Source: Vulcanimicrobiota bacterium
Lineage (GTDB): Bacteria > Vulcanimicrobiota > Vulcanimicrobiia > Vulcanimicrobiales > Vulcanimicrobiaceae
Reading direction: 5' to 3'
Length of the DNA: 64,000 bases
NCBI GenBank assembly: GCA_963723515.1
Contig: CAVRQT010000003.1
Span: 928,001 to 992,000, forward strand
This document shows positions 52,735 to 62,275 of this stretch, one piece after another. Both the position numbers and the translations under genes were made by a program. A model generated the notes under the pieces. It was not told where the DNA came from. It was given only the letters and a program-made list of their open reading frames with translations, and made no database searches. How positions within the stretch are numbered: position 1 is the first letter of the stretch; every line of letters starts with the position of its first letter.

Positions 52735-54436
52735 TTAGAGCGAACCCGTCGGAACGCTCGTGCTGATATCGAAGATCGCATTATAGGCATTTGATTTGAG
52801 GTCAGTCCGATAAACCGTCAGCCCCAGGAGTCGCCTTGCCCTTGTCGTCGCGGGCGTAGGTCTGTGCGCCGACCGTGTCGTTCACCGTTCTAATAGACGG
52901 CTTCCAGCCCGCGATCGTGAGTTGACGCGTGAACAAATCAAGCAACTGCGACGGCGTCTGGTCGGCGACGAAACTTACACCGGCAGCGTTGGACCCAGTC
53001 CAGCGACTCTTCACGGCGCCCTCAACGACGAGCGTAGGCAGGCTCGGCTGAGAAATCTCCGGTGTTTCAGCGCGCTCGCAACCGCTAGTGCTTTCCTGGC
53101 GAGAAATGCTTATCGTGACCGCACCCGTATCCGGATCGGCGTTGGTTGACAACCTCGGCATTCCCGATTTGCAGTACGCCGTGAACCCCTGGCTTACGGT
53201 GCCTTCGAAACCGCCGCTGCGAAACGGTAGCGACTGCGGAGTCCAGCCGTCCTTACGCAAGACCTGATTCCATGCCATCCACTCTTTTTGTGTCAGTGAA
53301 TAATAGAGCGTGTAGCCGCCGGCATAGTCGTAAGCAGCTCCGGAAGCGGCCGGCCTGAGCGAGGTACTTCCAATCAGCGTCCCCTGCGGACGGGGAATTC
53401 CTCGCGGTAAACCGGGTGGCATCGCCTTCACAAAAATACTGCCCTTGAGTTGGTTATCGGCAGTGAGAATGCGTTTTGCGAGCTCAAGAATGATCGGCTG
53501 TGCATTCCGTGCAGCATGTTCCGGCACGTGGGCGACCGTAGAGCTTGCCGGCGGTGGACGCATGAGCGGCGAACCTAAAGCGATTAACGTCGCGCGCAGT
53601 CTGTGCGTGCCGACGGCATAGATCACAATGACCGCGTCCCACGTTTGTCCATACGTGCGGTTCGCAAACCCCGCAAATGCGCCGTTCGGTGAACCCGACA
53701 TCGCTTTGACTTGCCACCCGGCAGCAACCATTTGCTTTCGGTAGTGCGTGAGCAGTTGCGGTACGGTGAAGTTTCCCTGAACGAGCGCTGCTGAAGAAAT
53801 ATCACCAAGCTCGCGACCATTGGAGCTGAAACCAACGCTCATGCCGGCGAGCGACTCTAACGTTACAATTGCGCCCGCGGGCGCTTCCAAGCTCGGAACG
53901 GGGGACCAAAACATCGGCAATCGCGACGCCTGCTCGGTGCAAGAATTGAGCGGCCCTTTTTCAGCGGACAGCACGGTAATCCGCAGATCGTCGCCATCGT
54001 TGCGCGGCGCTTGTATATTGACTCCTTGCTGCGCGCGGCAGAAGAGTGCGATTCGCACTAAACCTGAAGAGGGCGTGAAGCCGCCACGCTGACCGAATCG
54101 GTCGGGCGGTTTGGTTTCACGGAACCCGGCGCGTTGCAACGCGGAAAGATACGCATCGTATGCGGCGGCCGCGTCCGCCGGGCGGTAATAGATTTCCGTA
54201 CTTCCTTGGTTGAGGTGTTGAACCGAACCGAGCAACGGCAGGTCACTGGGCAAAGGTATCGAGGACGTCCAGCTAGGTGGCAGCGTGCCGACGCTTACAC
54301 GAACGGTTGACGGATAGCTATTGTCGGCAACGCGCGCCGCAAATGCTTGCAGCGCTTCATTTGAGATCGCTCCGGCCGCGCAAAATGGAATACCGGCCAA
54401 GACAATCGCAACGCCAATCGGCATCAGCTTACGCAC
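52735..54436 (-). CDS. secreted hypothetical protein with internal domain duplication (3' frameshift)
   Basis: AGGAGG RBS plus GTG, signal peptide; repeated P.P....GS / GGF / YxxQ...AGW blocks. Confidence 0.65.
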
Positions 54437-54591
54437 AATGAAGTCCTCCTTAGCCTCGCTCAGGAGCGCACGCCTTCGCGGCCGACCACATCCCCGGTAT
54501 AACGAACACTCTAAAGCCGTTATGACGTTCGTTCGTGTCACGATGGCATTGCTTCTTCATGATGATCTAGCCGGAACCGCCAGAACGATAA

Positions 54592-54672
54592 AAAGCCCCA
54601 GCGCGTAGCACCGGGGCTTCTTTCAATTCTGGCGACGCTGAAGGGGCTCGAACCCTCGACCTCCCGCCCGTG
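54592..54672 (-). repeat. duplicated 3' half of tRNA-Asp plus its terminator (att-like direct repeat)
   Basis: 54626-54664 is identical to 57349-57387 (39 bp); the flanking hairpin is also similar. Confidence 0.9.
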
Positions 54673-54740
54673 GCGGTGCTGCACTTGGCTCGACTGGTCG
54701 TCTAAACGGCTTAAGCGACCTCCGCGGAAAACGTATTCGC

Positions 54741-55049
54741 ATGACCGGCACGCTGCAGGTTCGCCTTCTCGGTCATGCCAGTTTCGCGCGCGACGGCGAA
54801 CCGGTGAAGTTCGCCAAGCGCGCCACGACGATCGCAATGCTCGCGCTGCTGATTCTGCGACGGGGGCAGCCTTTCGCAGGCACCGCTTTAGCGTTCACGC
54901 TGTTTCCTGATGATGATGAAGAACAAGCGTTGGCGGAGCTGCGCCGGTACCTTCATCTCGCCTCCAAGGCACTGCCGACGCAGCGGTTCCGTGCGGGACG
55001 TCTTGAGCGGGCGCGAATACCACGTTGCCGGCCCAAGCGAGATCGCTGA
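54741..55049 (+). pseudogene. truncated SARP/BTAD-type transcriptional activator N-terminus
   Basis: LQVRLLG....RDG, LALL.L..G, LA..LFPD.....A...LRR.L; similarity ends near 54980. Confidence 0.7.
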
Positions 55050-55182
55050 CTTTATCAGCACGCAATTGACCGAACGCCGCAAACGCGGACGGCGCCGTAC
55101 TCGTCGTTGCTTGCTGGTTATGAGCGCAACCGCTCATGACCAGTATCAGAGCGAGAAAAAACGGGATACCGTGACAACGCAT
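54895..55182 (-). pseudogene. truncated lipoprotein
   Basis: LALILVMSGC lipobox; runs head-on into the activator fragment. Confidence 0.5.
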
Positions 55183-55207
55183 TGGCGAGCCCCCGCGGTT
55201 CGAGTCT

Positions 55208-55582
55208 TTAGATATGCGCGGGTTCATTAAACTGCACGCCGCTCGGAATGTAGGAGATAAACGTGCCGTTGTGGTTCTGAATTACGATCGTACCGGCCGG
55301 ACAGCTCCATCGGACCGCGCCACTTGCCGCTAGTCTCCGGCAATCGTTCGGCAAATTGGATTTGAACCAAAGATCGACGAGATGTATCGAGGCGCCTGTC
55401 GTTTCGTTAAGAGGAACGCCCGCTCTGATCGCGTTCGCCGGAACGTCTTCCACGATGTGACCGCGTGGATATATGGGCAGCTGCCCATCAGTTTGCACGT
55501 CAAACTCTTTCGCGGGTGCCGGCTGAACGAGGAAGCTCAATGCGAAGGCCGCCGAGGCGGCGCTAATAAGATATTTCATCAT
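55208..55582 (-). CDS. small secreted hypothetical protein
   Basis: Signal peptide and Cys pair. Confidence 0.55.
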   Translation of the reverse strand: MMKYLISAASAAFALSFLVQPAPAKEFDVQTDGQLPIYPRGHIVEDVPANAIRAGVPLNETTGASIHLVDLWFKSNLPNDCRRLAASGAVRWSCPAGTIVIQNHNGTFISYIPSGVQFNEPAHI

Positions 55583-55679
55583 GGCGCTACTCTAGCGCGC
55601 CACCGTACGGGTATCGTGCGGAGACGCCTTGAGCCCCCTGCACGCCGCCGGCATGCGCCCCTGATACGCTGACGGCACG

Positions 55680-56741
55680 ATGAAAACACTGCTGCGGGCT
55701 CTTGCCCTTGTCGCGCTTTGCTGTTCGCCGGCGCTCGCGATGCAACGCGTCTACTATATTGCTGCGGACGACGTCCTCTGGAATTACGCGCCCACCGGCA
55801 CGAACGTCTTAACCGGCGCCCCGCTCGAGTCCGATAAGAACACGATCGGCTTTGCATTCCATAAGATCGTCTACCACGAGTACACCGACGCATCGTTCGC
55901 AAATCTTAAGCAACGCCCGGCGGCCGAAGAATATATGGGCATACTTGGACCGCCGATCCACGCGCAAGTGGGCGACACGGTCGTTGTCATCTTCAAGAAC
56001 AACGCCGAGTTGCCACTCAGCTTTCACGCGCACGGCCTTCGTTATCTCAAGAGTTCCGAAGGCGCGCCCTACCGTGACGGGACGAACGTGAGCGAGAAGC
56101 CGGGCGACGGCGTTGCGCCGGGCGCCGTCTACACGTACCGTTTCGATGTGCCCGAACGCTCCGGCCCCGGTCCGATGGATCCGTCTTCGATCCTCTGGAT
56201 GTATCATTCGCACACCGATGAGCTCCATGATGTGAACACCGGCCTCGTCGGCCCAATCGTGGTAACTCGAAAAGGGGCAGCGAAGCGGAACGGCTCGCCG
56301 GCAAACGTCGACCGTGAAGTCTACACACTGTTCGGTGAAATGGACGAAACCGAAAGCCGGCTTTTTAAAGAGAACCTGGCCGATAGCAGCGTTAACACGC
56401 GGGGGTTAAAACCCGGCGCGCAAAACTTCCAGTTCGCGAACCAATTCTTTTCAATGAACGGCTACATCTACGGCAACATGCCGCTGATCGACGTGCGTCG
56501 CGGGCAACGCACGCGGTGGTACATCATGGCCACCATGAGCGACTACGACGTTCACGCGCCGCATTGGCATGGTGAAACCGTCATCGTCAACGGCATGCGC
56601 ACGGATACGGCGGAGCTCGGGCCAATGGGGATGCTCGTCGCCGATATGGTGCCGGATAATCCTGGCACTTGGCTCTACCACTGCCATCTCAACGTACACA
56701 TGGAGCAAGGCATGATCGCGCGCTTTCGCACGCTGCCTTAA
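55680..56741 (+). CDS. two-domain multicopper oxidase
   Basis: HAH, WMYHSH, HAPHWHG and HCHLNVHMEQGM copper motifs in 353 aa. Confidence 0.92.
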   Translation: MKTLLRALALVALCCSPALAMQRVYYIAADDVLWNYAPTGTNVLTGAPLESDKNTIGFAFHKIVYHEYTDASFANLKQRPAAEEYMGILGPPIHAQVGDTVVVIFKNNAELPLSFHAHGLRYLKSSEGAPYRDGTNVSEKPGDGVAPGAVYTYRFDVPERSGPGPMDPSSILWMYHSHTDELHDVNTGLVGPIVVTRKGAAKRNGSPANVDREVYTLFGEMDETESRLFKENLADSSVNTRGLKPGAQNFQFANQFFSMNGYIYGNMPLIDVRRGQRTRWYIMATMSDYDVHAPHWHGETVIVNGMRTDTAELGPMGMLVADMVPDNPGTWLYHCHLNVHMEQGMIARFRTLP

Positions 56742-56767
56742 TCACTCCCAACCCATAAGGAGGTTCG

Positions 56768-57271
56768 ATGTTTTTACGTTCTCTTATTTTTACATTAGCA
56801 GTTGTCGCGCTCGGAGGCGGGCTCGCGATGGCTAAACCGACTCCCGTTCCGGGCGGCGCAAATCAAGTCGGCGCGGTCTCCGGTCGGATCGGAGAAACCG
56901 TCTTCAACGGCGTGTTGCGCTTCAATGTGCAAGATTTGCGCGAAGCGACATCGGGCGACCATCCTGAGCAGATGCTCCCACAGCCGAATCAGAAGGTGAT
57001 GGTCATGGACGTACTGCTTCGAAATGGTTCGCATAGCGATTTTATCGATTTGATCACGTACACGCTCGCCGACAAAGACGGCGTCGCGTTCAGCATACCG
57101 TCCAATTACGTCCATGAGGCAAACCTGCACATCCAGCAAGGTGCCTCGGCACGACAAAAAGCGATCTTCCTCGTCGACAAGGACTACCAACCCACAAAGT
57201 TGCTGATTCAGTGTGCCACCTGCGGCACGAAGTCGGCATTCAGAGCGGTTCGCTTGTCGGTATCGCATTAA
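56768..57271 (+). CDS. secreted DUF4352-like (Ig-like) protein
   Basis: AAGGAGG RBS, signal peptide, L.N....., L.DKDG, F.V.K...P..L and CxxC. Confidence 0.6.
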   Translation: MFLRSLIFTLAVVALGGGLAMAKPTPVPGGANQVGAVSGRIGETVFNGVLRFNVQDLREATSGDHPEQMLPQPNQKVMVMDVLLRNGSHSDFIDLITYTLADKDGVAFSIPSNYVHEANLHIQQGASARQKAIFLVDKDYQPTKLLIQCATCGTKSAFRAVRLSVSH

Positions 57272-57315
57272 GCCATAAAGAAGGCAAGCCGGATCGCCGC
57301 GATATTTCGAACAGC

Positions 57316-57345
57316 AAAGCCCCCGCGCATAGCACAGGGGCTCTT
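57316..57345. terminator. hairpin terminator downstream of tRNA-Asp
   Basis: AAAGCCCC...GGGGCTCTT. Confidence 0.6.
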
Positions 57346-57352
57346 GTCATTC

Positions 57353-57430
57353 TGGCGACGCTGAAGGGGCTCGAACCCTCGACCTCCGCCGTGACAGGGC
57401 GGCGCTCTAAACCAACTGAGCTACAGCGCC
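57353..57430 (-). tRNA. tRNA-Asp(GTC)
   Basis: GGCGCTG acceptor stem, CTGTCAC loop, ends GCCA. Confidence 0.96.
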
Positions 57431-57451
57431 ACATTCGGCGCTTCTACAACT

Positions 57452-57523
57452 TGGGCACGGTTGGGATTGAACCAACGACCCCCCGCGTGTGAAGCGGATG
57501 CTCTCCCACTGAGCTACGCGCCC
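57452..57523 (-). tRNA. tRNA-Val(CAC), CCA not encoded
   Basis: GGGCGCG/CGTGCCC acceptor stem, TTCACAC loop. Confidence 0.93.
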
Positions 57524-57539
57524 CATGAGGACCGGTCAG

Positions 57540-57548
57540 ATTATACCA
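57540..57548 (-). promoter_or_regulatory. extended -10 promoter of the tRNA-Val/Asp operon
   Basis: TGGTATAAT on the minus strand, 16 nt before the tRNA. Confidence 0.6.
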
Positions 57549-57585
57549 CCCGCACTGAGCGACCCTCCCGGGTAGAACGCAGGTA

Positions 57586-58132
57586 ATGAAGCTGCTGACT
57601 GTCGGCCATGGCACAGCATCGGCACAAGAATTCGCTGATCTGATCCACGCTGCGGAAATCAAAACGGTCGTCGACGTGCGCAGCGTTCCGAAAAGCCGTC
57701 GCCATCCGCATTTTTGGTCGGAAGAGATGGCGGTTTGGCTTCCGCAGCTTTCCGGCGCCGCATACCGATGGAACGAAGGCTTGGGCGGCTTTCGCAAAAT
57801 GCGATCTCGATTCTCAAAACGTCGGATTGCGACATCCAGCGTTTCGCGGATACGCTGACTACATGGAGACCGACGCATTTCATGAAGCGCTCGCAACGCT
57901 GCTTGATGACGCGGCGAAACAGCAGACCGCCGTCATGTGCTCTGAGAGTCTTTGGTGGCGGTGCCACCGGCGGTTGATCTCCGATGCGGCCGTACTGCTC
58001 CACCAGATAGAGGTACACCATCTCTTTCACACCGGCAAACTTGTTCCGCACATGCCGACTGAGGGCGTCCATGTTTTAGAGAATCGTTGCTTGCGGTACG
58101 ACATGGTCGAAAATGACGATCCTCAGCGCTAA
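57586..58132 (+). CDS. DUF488 family protein (frameshift near 57800)
   Basis: TVGH, VDVRS.P.SRRHP.F, LGG, FRGYADYM and MCSE..WWRCHR. Confidence 0.88.
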
Positions 58133-59206
58133 CCTCGAAGCCGCCAAGGCCGCCGGACTGCGTTACGTGCGCGACGAGATTCCCGGGATCACGCGCCGTA
58201 AAGCGGGCGCGCACTTCATCTTCTTCGATCCTTCCGGGCAACCGCATCACGGAACGCGCTGAAGTTGCGAGGATTCGCGCACTTGCAATTCCGCCCGCGT
58301 ACACGAACGTTTGGATTTCGCCGGTCGCGAACGGCCATCTTCAGGCGACCGGCCGGGACGCGCGCGGCCGCAAGCAATATCGGTATCATAAGCGCTGGCG
58401 TGAAGTGCGCGATGAAAACAAGTTTGATCGAATGGTCGAGTTCGCGCAAGCGCTGCCAAAGATTCGCAGTACGGTTCAGGCGCATCTTGCGTTGCCCGAC
58501 CTGCCGCGCGAGAAAGTCCTCGCAACGGTCGTGCAGCTTCTGGAGACGACGCTGATTCGCGTCGGAAATGAGGAGTATGCGAAGGAGAACGATTCGTACG
58601 GTTTGAGCACGTTGGAAAGCCGTCATGTAAAAATCGAAGGCGCAACCGTGCGCTTTCGCTTTCGCGGAAAGAGCGGAATCCGTCATGCTGTTGACCTTCA
58701 GGACCGGCGTCTGGCCAAGATCATCCGCGCCTGCCGCGACATCCCAGGGCAAGAACTCTTTCAATACGTCGATGACGACGGGGAAGTGCACAATATCGAC
58801 TCGCAAGACGTCAATGATTACATTCGGGAGATCTCGGGCGGCGATTTCACTGCTAAGGACTTTCGAACGTGGGTCGGCACGGTCACCTGCGCCGTTATCC
58901 TTCGCGAAGGGCCGCATTTCGAGAGCGAGACGGAGAGCAAGAAGTACGTCGCCGAAACGATCCGTCCAGGTTGCGCAACGGCTGGGAAATACGGCGGCCG
59001 TCTGTCGCAAGTGCTACGTGCATCCGACGGTGATCGAGTGCTACATGGATGGCGCTCCATTCCCACTTAATGCGTACGCGCGCGGGCAGCGGCAACGCCG
59101 GCACAGAATTGAGCGCCGAAGAACGCATGACGCTGAGACTTCTCAAGAACCGGCTCAAAGAAGACGACGCCGGGCGCACGCAAAAGCAATTGCAAGCCTC
59201 GCTTAA
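58113..59206 (+). CDS. bacterial type IB DNA topoisomerase (several indels)
   Basis: AGLRYV.D..PGI.R, IPPAY.NVWI, GRDARGRKQYRY, RVGN, FRGKSG, TAKDFRTW and LGNT.AVCRKCYVHP. Confidence 0.92.
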
Positions 59207-59218
59207 GCGGAAATCCGC

Positions 59219-60684
59219 ATGATCGCCGCATTTGTGATGGCCGCGGCGATGCTGCCCGCAACGGTTATCGCCCATCACCCGCTCTCAAATGTGACGTCCG
59301 CCGAACAAGCGGCCTTCGATCGCGGACTGACGTTGTATTACGCTTACAACGGCACGCAAGGAGTGCACGTATTTCAGAACGCGGTGCAGGCGGATCCGAA
59401 GTTTGCGATGGGATATTGGGGACTTGCGCTATCTTATGGACCGGATATCAACGTCGATCTGACCGAGGAGCACTTCAAACGTGCGCATGCCGCAATCGAA
59501 AGCGCCGTCGCGCTCGAATCGACGGTTTCACCCGAAGAACGTTCCTACATCGAAGCGATGCGCGCACGTTACGCCGGCAGTTGGCCGGACCATGAAAAGG
59601 ACGATGATGCCTACCGCGCCGCCATGGCAAGCGCGGTTGCGAAGTACGCGAACGACGACGACTTAGCGGCGCTTTACGTCGAGTCGCTGCTCGAAAAATA
59701 TGGGCGTAATGCCTGGAAAGCTCGGAACGAACACGCCGGCATCAAGCGGCACGCCTGACGATGCGCTCACTCCTCGATCGCATCGTCGCCCGCGAGCCGA
59801 ATCACATCATGGCCAACCATCTGCAGATCCACCTCTTCGAAGATGCGGCCGACCATTCGCGCTCGATTGCTGCGGCGAACCGGCTCGATGAGATGCATTT
59901 TGCTGCGGAGGACGAGCATCTCGCACACATGCCTGCGCACGCATGGATTGACGTCGGCGATTATGCGCGCGCGGTCGCATCTTCACGGCGTGCCATCTCC
60001 TACTTCGATGAGTACCTCGCTGAACCGAATGCGGATCGCGCGCACCACGGCTATCTCGCTCACGACGTGAGCGTCGGTTGGCGCGCCGCCTTGATGTTAG
60101 GGAACTACGCGAGCGCGAAATGGTTCGCGAACCGGTTGGCCGCAATCGAAAACACGCAAGCGGAATCACTGATGACGGCGCTGCGATTCGGCGATCGTAG
60201 TGCCTTTGTTGCTGCAACAGACAAGGACGCTAAAACGTATCGCACCTATGAAGACATCTTGCAAGGTGATCTCGCTGGATCGCGCGCCGCCTTTACAAGC
60301 GCGTTTGACCCGAAAGATGACGATCCCCTGGCTTGGGCAATCGCCGGACGCCTCAAGTTGCTGGAAGGCGACCGGCAGTCCGCGAGCTCGGATTTTAGCA
60401 AAGCGTGGAGTCTGGAAGGTTCGCAATTCGTGGGCGAGGAGTTGCCGTCGTTTCCGGTCGGCGAGCTCGAGGGGTTCGGCTACTTCCGCAACGGAGACTA
60501 TCGCGCTGCAGAGACGGCGTTCCGGCACACCTTGAAGCGCTTCTCAAATGATCCGCGTGCGCTCTACGGTCTCAGCTTGGCGCTGCAAAAAGACGGGCGC
60601 GCCGCGGAGGCGCAGCGCGTGGTGGCCGATTTTCGCAAACAATGGCAAGGCGCGGACACGCGCCTGTCGGTCGGTACGCTCTAA
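59219..60684 (+). CDS. secreted TPR-repeat protein (frameshift near 59755)
   Basis: FDRGL...Y.YN, DP.FAM.YWG.AL..GP.IN, H..IH..E and HMPAH. Confidence 0.8.
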
Positions 60685-60754
60685 AGAGCGGCCGACGGGG
60701 GCGGCAAATGGCGGTTGCCGCAAGACCCGTCGACCACCGGCGCAAGAAACGGCT

Positions 60755-60946
60755 CTAGTTCTTCTCGCGCACGACTTCTGCGAACGATACGAGCAGCTCG
60801 CTTAGCGCGAGTGCACCGTTCGCAATCTTCCCGCGAAGCGGACTTTGCTTAGCACGCATCGCCTCGCGCCTTAAACGCGCTTGCGAGGCGTCCGCTAAGA
60901 TCCGCTTGCGGCGTTGATGGATCTCGGAAAGAATCCAATCGTGCAT
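60755..60946 (-). CDS. 63-aa basic helical protein of unknown function
   Basis: GAGG RBS plus ATG; lies directly after the attenuator terminator. Confidence 0.7.
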   Translation of the reverse strand: MHDWILSEIHQRRKRILADASQARLRREAMRAKQSPLRGKIANGALALSELLVSFAEVVREKN

Positions 60947-60981
60947 AACGCCTCACTTTCGTTAAGCTCAGGATACAGTGC

Positions 60982-61012
60982 AAATAAAAAAGACCTCCGC
61001 TTTGCGGAGGCC
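60982..61012 (-). terminator. attenuator intrinsic terminator
   Basis: GGCCUCCGC-AAA-GCGGAGGUC-UUUUUUAUUU. Confidence 0.88.
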
Positions 61013-61043
61013 CTCTTCGTGTTGAAAGACGGCGCTCGTAGCG

Positions 61044-61160
61044 CTACGCTTCCCTCCCGAAAAAGACTCCGCTCCATTTGCTGTTGAGCATAGGAATGCC
61101 AGCGACGCCCGCAAAGGCGGTCGTATTTTGGCGATTAATCTTGGTCAATTGCGCCTTCAT
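61044..61160 (-). CDS. 38-aa leader peptide
   Basis: GAAAGGAG RBS; MKAQLTKINRQNTTAFAGVAGIPMLNSKWSGVFFGREA*; its 3' codons are complementary to the terminator 5' arm. Confidence 0.75.
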   Translation of the reverse strand: MKAQLTKINRQNTTAFAGVAGIPMLNSKWSGVFFGREA

Positions 61161-61188
61161 CGGCACTCCTTTCTGCAAATGTTGCTCT

Positions 61189-61217
61189 AGGTTATCAAAC
61201 GCATATCGCAAAGTCAA
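61189..61217 (-). promoter_or_regulatory. sigma70 promoter of the leader
   Basis: TTGACT-17 nt-TAACCT with extended TGn. Confidence 0.75.
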
Positions 61218-61267
61218 CACGTAACTCGTTACCGATGTCCACTCTGATGTAAGCGATCGCAGCCCCG

Positions 61268-61422
61268 CTGTCACAGCTGAGAACGCCTGTGCTGAGTGCA
61301 GTCGAAACATCGAAATGTGAGAGTACCTTTTTAATCATGCTTCGACGAGCTCAGCATGACGCTGGAACTATCGCGTTTCTGTGGATTGCAATGGCCCTTC
61401 GACAGGCTCAGGGTGACAGAGT
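61268..61422. repeat. REP-like repeat cluster (one nested left arm, two right arms)
   Basis: CTGTCACAGCTGAG..[GCCTGTGCTGAGTGCAGTCGAAACA]TCGAAATG; GCTTCGACGAGCTCAGCATGAC; CCCTTCGACAGGCTCAGGGTGACAGAGT. Confidence 0.85.
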
Positions 61423-61446
61423 GTTATAGTATCAGGTGCGCGGCGC

Positions 61447-61521
61447 GGGCGGTTAGCTCAGTGGGAGAGCGCTTCCTTGACACGGAAGAGGTCAGTGGTT
61501 CAATCCCACTACCGCCCACCA
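61447..61521 (+). tRNA. tRNA-Val(GAC)
   Basis: GGGCGGT acceptor stem, TTGACAC loop, ends ACCA. Confidence 0.96.
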
Positions 61522-61595
61522 TTAAAATCGTTATTTTCTCGTCAGGCACGCTGCGCTTTTTCTGCACGACCGGAATCCTTAAGGACGGTGAATGG

Positions 61596-62213
61596 ATGAA
61601 AAATTCAATGCTCCGCGTCAGCGCCGGCGTTTTCGCAGTTATGCTCGTCGGATTGTTGCTATGGGGCGCTGCGCCGAAAACCGTGAGCGCTGCGGGCCTT
61701 CAGGTAGTGGCGCAAGAGACTCCGACCGAAGCGCCAACGCAGACGCCTAGCGCCGCTACAACGCCGAGCGGCACGATGAACAATCCGAGCCCAAGCGTCC
61801 CAACCTACAACGGCAAGCCGGCAGGCACCGATATGCTCAACGACAATCCAAACGGCCCCAACTGGCTCTCCAAGTTCGCGCGCAATCCGGGGCTCGACAC
61901 AAGCGGCGGCTCGTCGATGCGCCGCGCTAAAACGCCACCTTCGTGCGGTTCGCCTACCGATCTCGCGACCGTCGAGCGCTTGGCGCTTCAACTACCACAG
62001 ACGCGAGGGCTGCCTTCGACCAGCATCATGGATGCGGTCGCGCGCGGTAACTACGCCCGCGTCGACGTCGAAACAAAGGGCGTATACGCCGCATACTTCC
62101 AATACCGCAACGGCGCATGGAGGCCCGCAGCCCAGAGCGACATCGAGACAGGGCTTCCCAATGCGCATCTTTGCCACAACCCGCACTTTGTTAACCGCCC
62201 AAGCGGACCGTAG
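61596..62213 (+). CDS. secreted Pro/Thr-rich hypothetical protein
   Basis: Signal peptide, P/T linker, small C-terminal domain with a Cys pair. Confidence 0.6.
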   Translation: MKNSMLRVSAGVFAVMLVGLLLWGAAPKTVSAAGLQVVAQETPTEAPTQTPSAATTPSGTMNNPSPSVPTYNGKPAGTDMLNDNPNGPNWLSKFARNPGLDTSGGSSMRRAKTPPSCGSPTDLATVERLALQLPQTRGLPSTSIMDAVARGNYARVDVETKGVYAAYFQYRNGAWRPAAQSDIETGLPNAHLCHNPHFVNRPSGP

Positions 62214-62275
62214 GGCGTTCTAGTGTCAACCCTACGTAAGCGCCTCTTGCGGTTCCCAACGAGGAGGTAATTTCT

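Larger units (their letters stand above)
54626..57387. mobile_element. integrase-less genomic islet at tRNA-Asp
   Basis: Bounded by tRNA-Asp direct repeats; contains truncated genes. Confidence 0.7.

Noticed and set aside
54626..54672. Second functional tRNA-Asp
   Set aside because: Only the 3' half is present; there is no D-arm or 5' acceptor strand
60958..60980. Degenerate REP copy between the attenuator terminator and the small gene
   Set aside because: CTGTATCCTGAGCTTAACGAAAG is only a partial match, too weak to call
61356..61595. N-terminal extension of ORF 61356-62213
   Set aside because: It runs through REP repeats and tRNA-Val; the signal peptide begins at 61596
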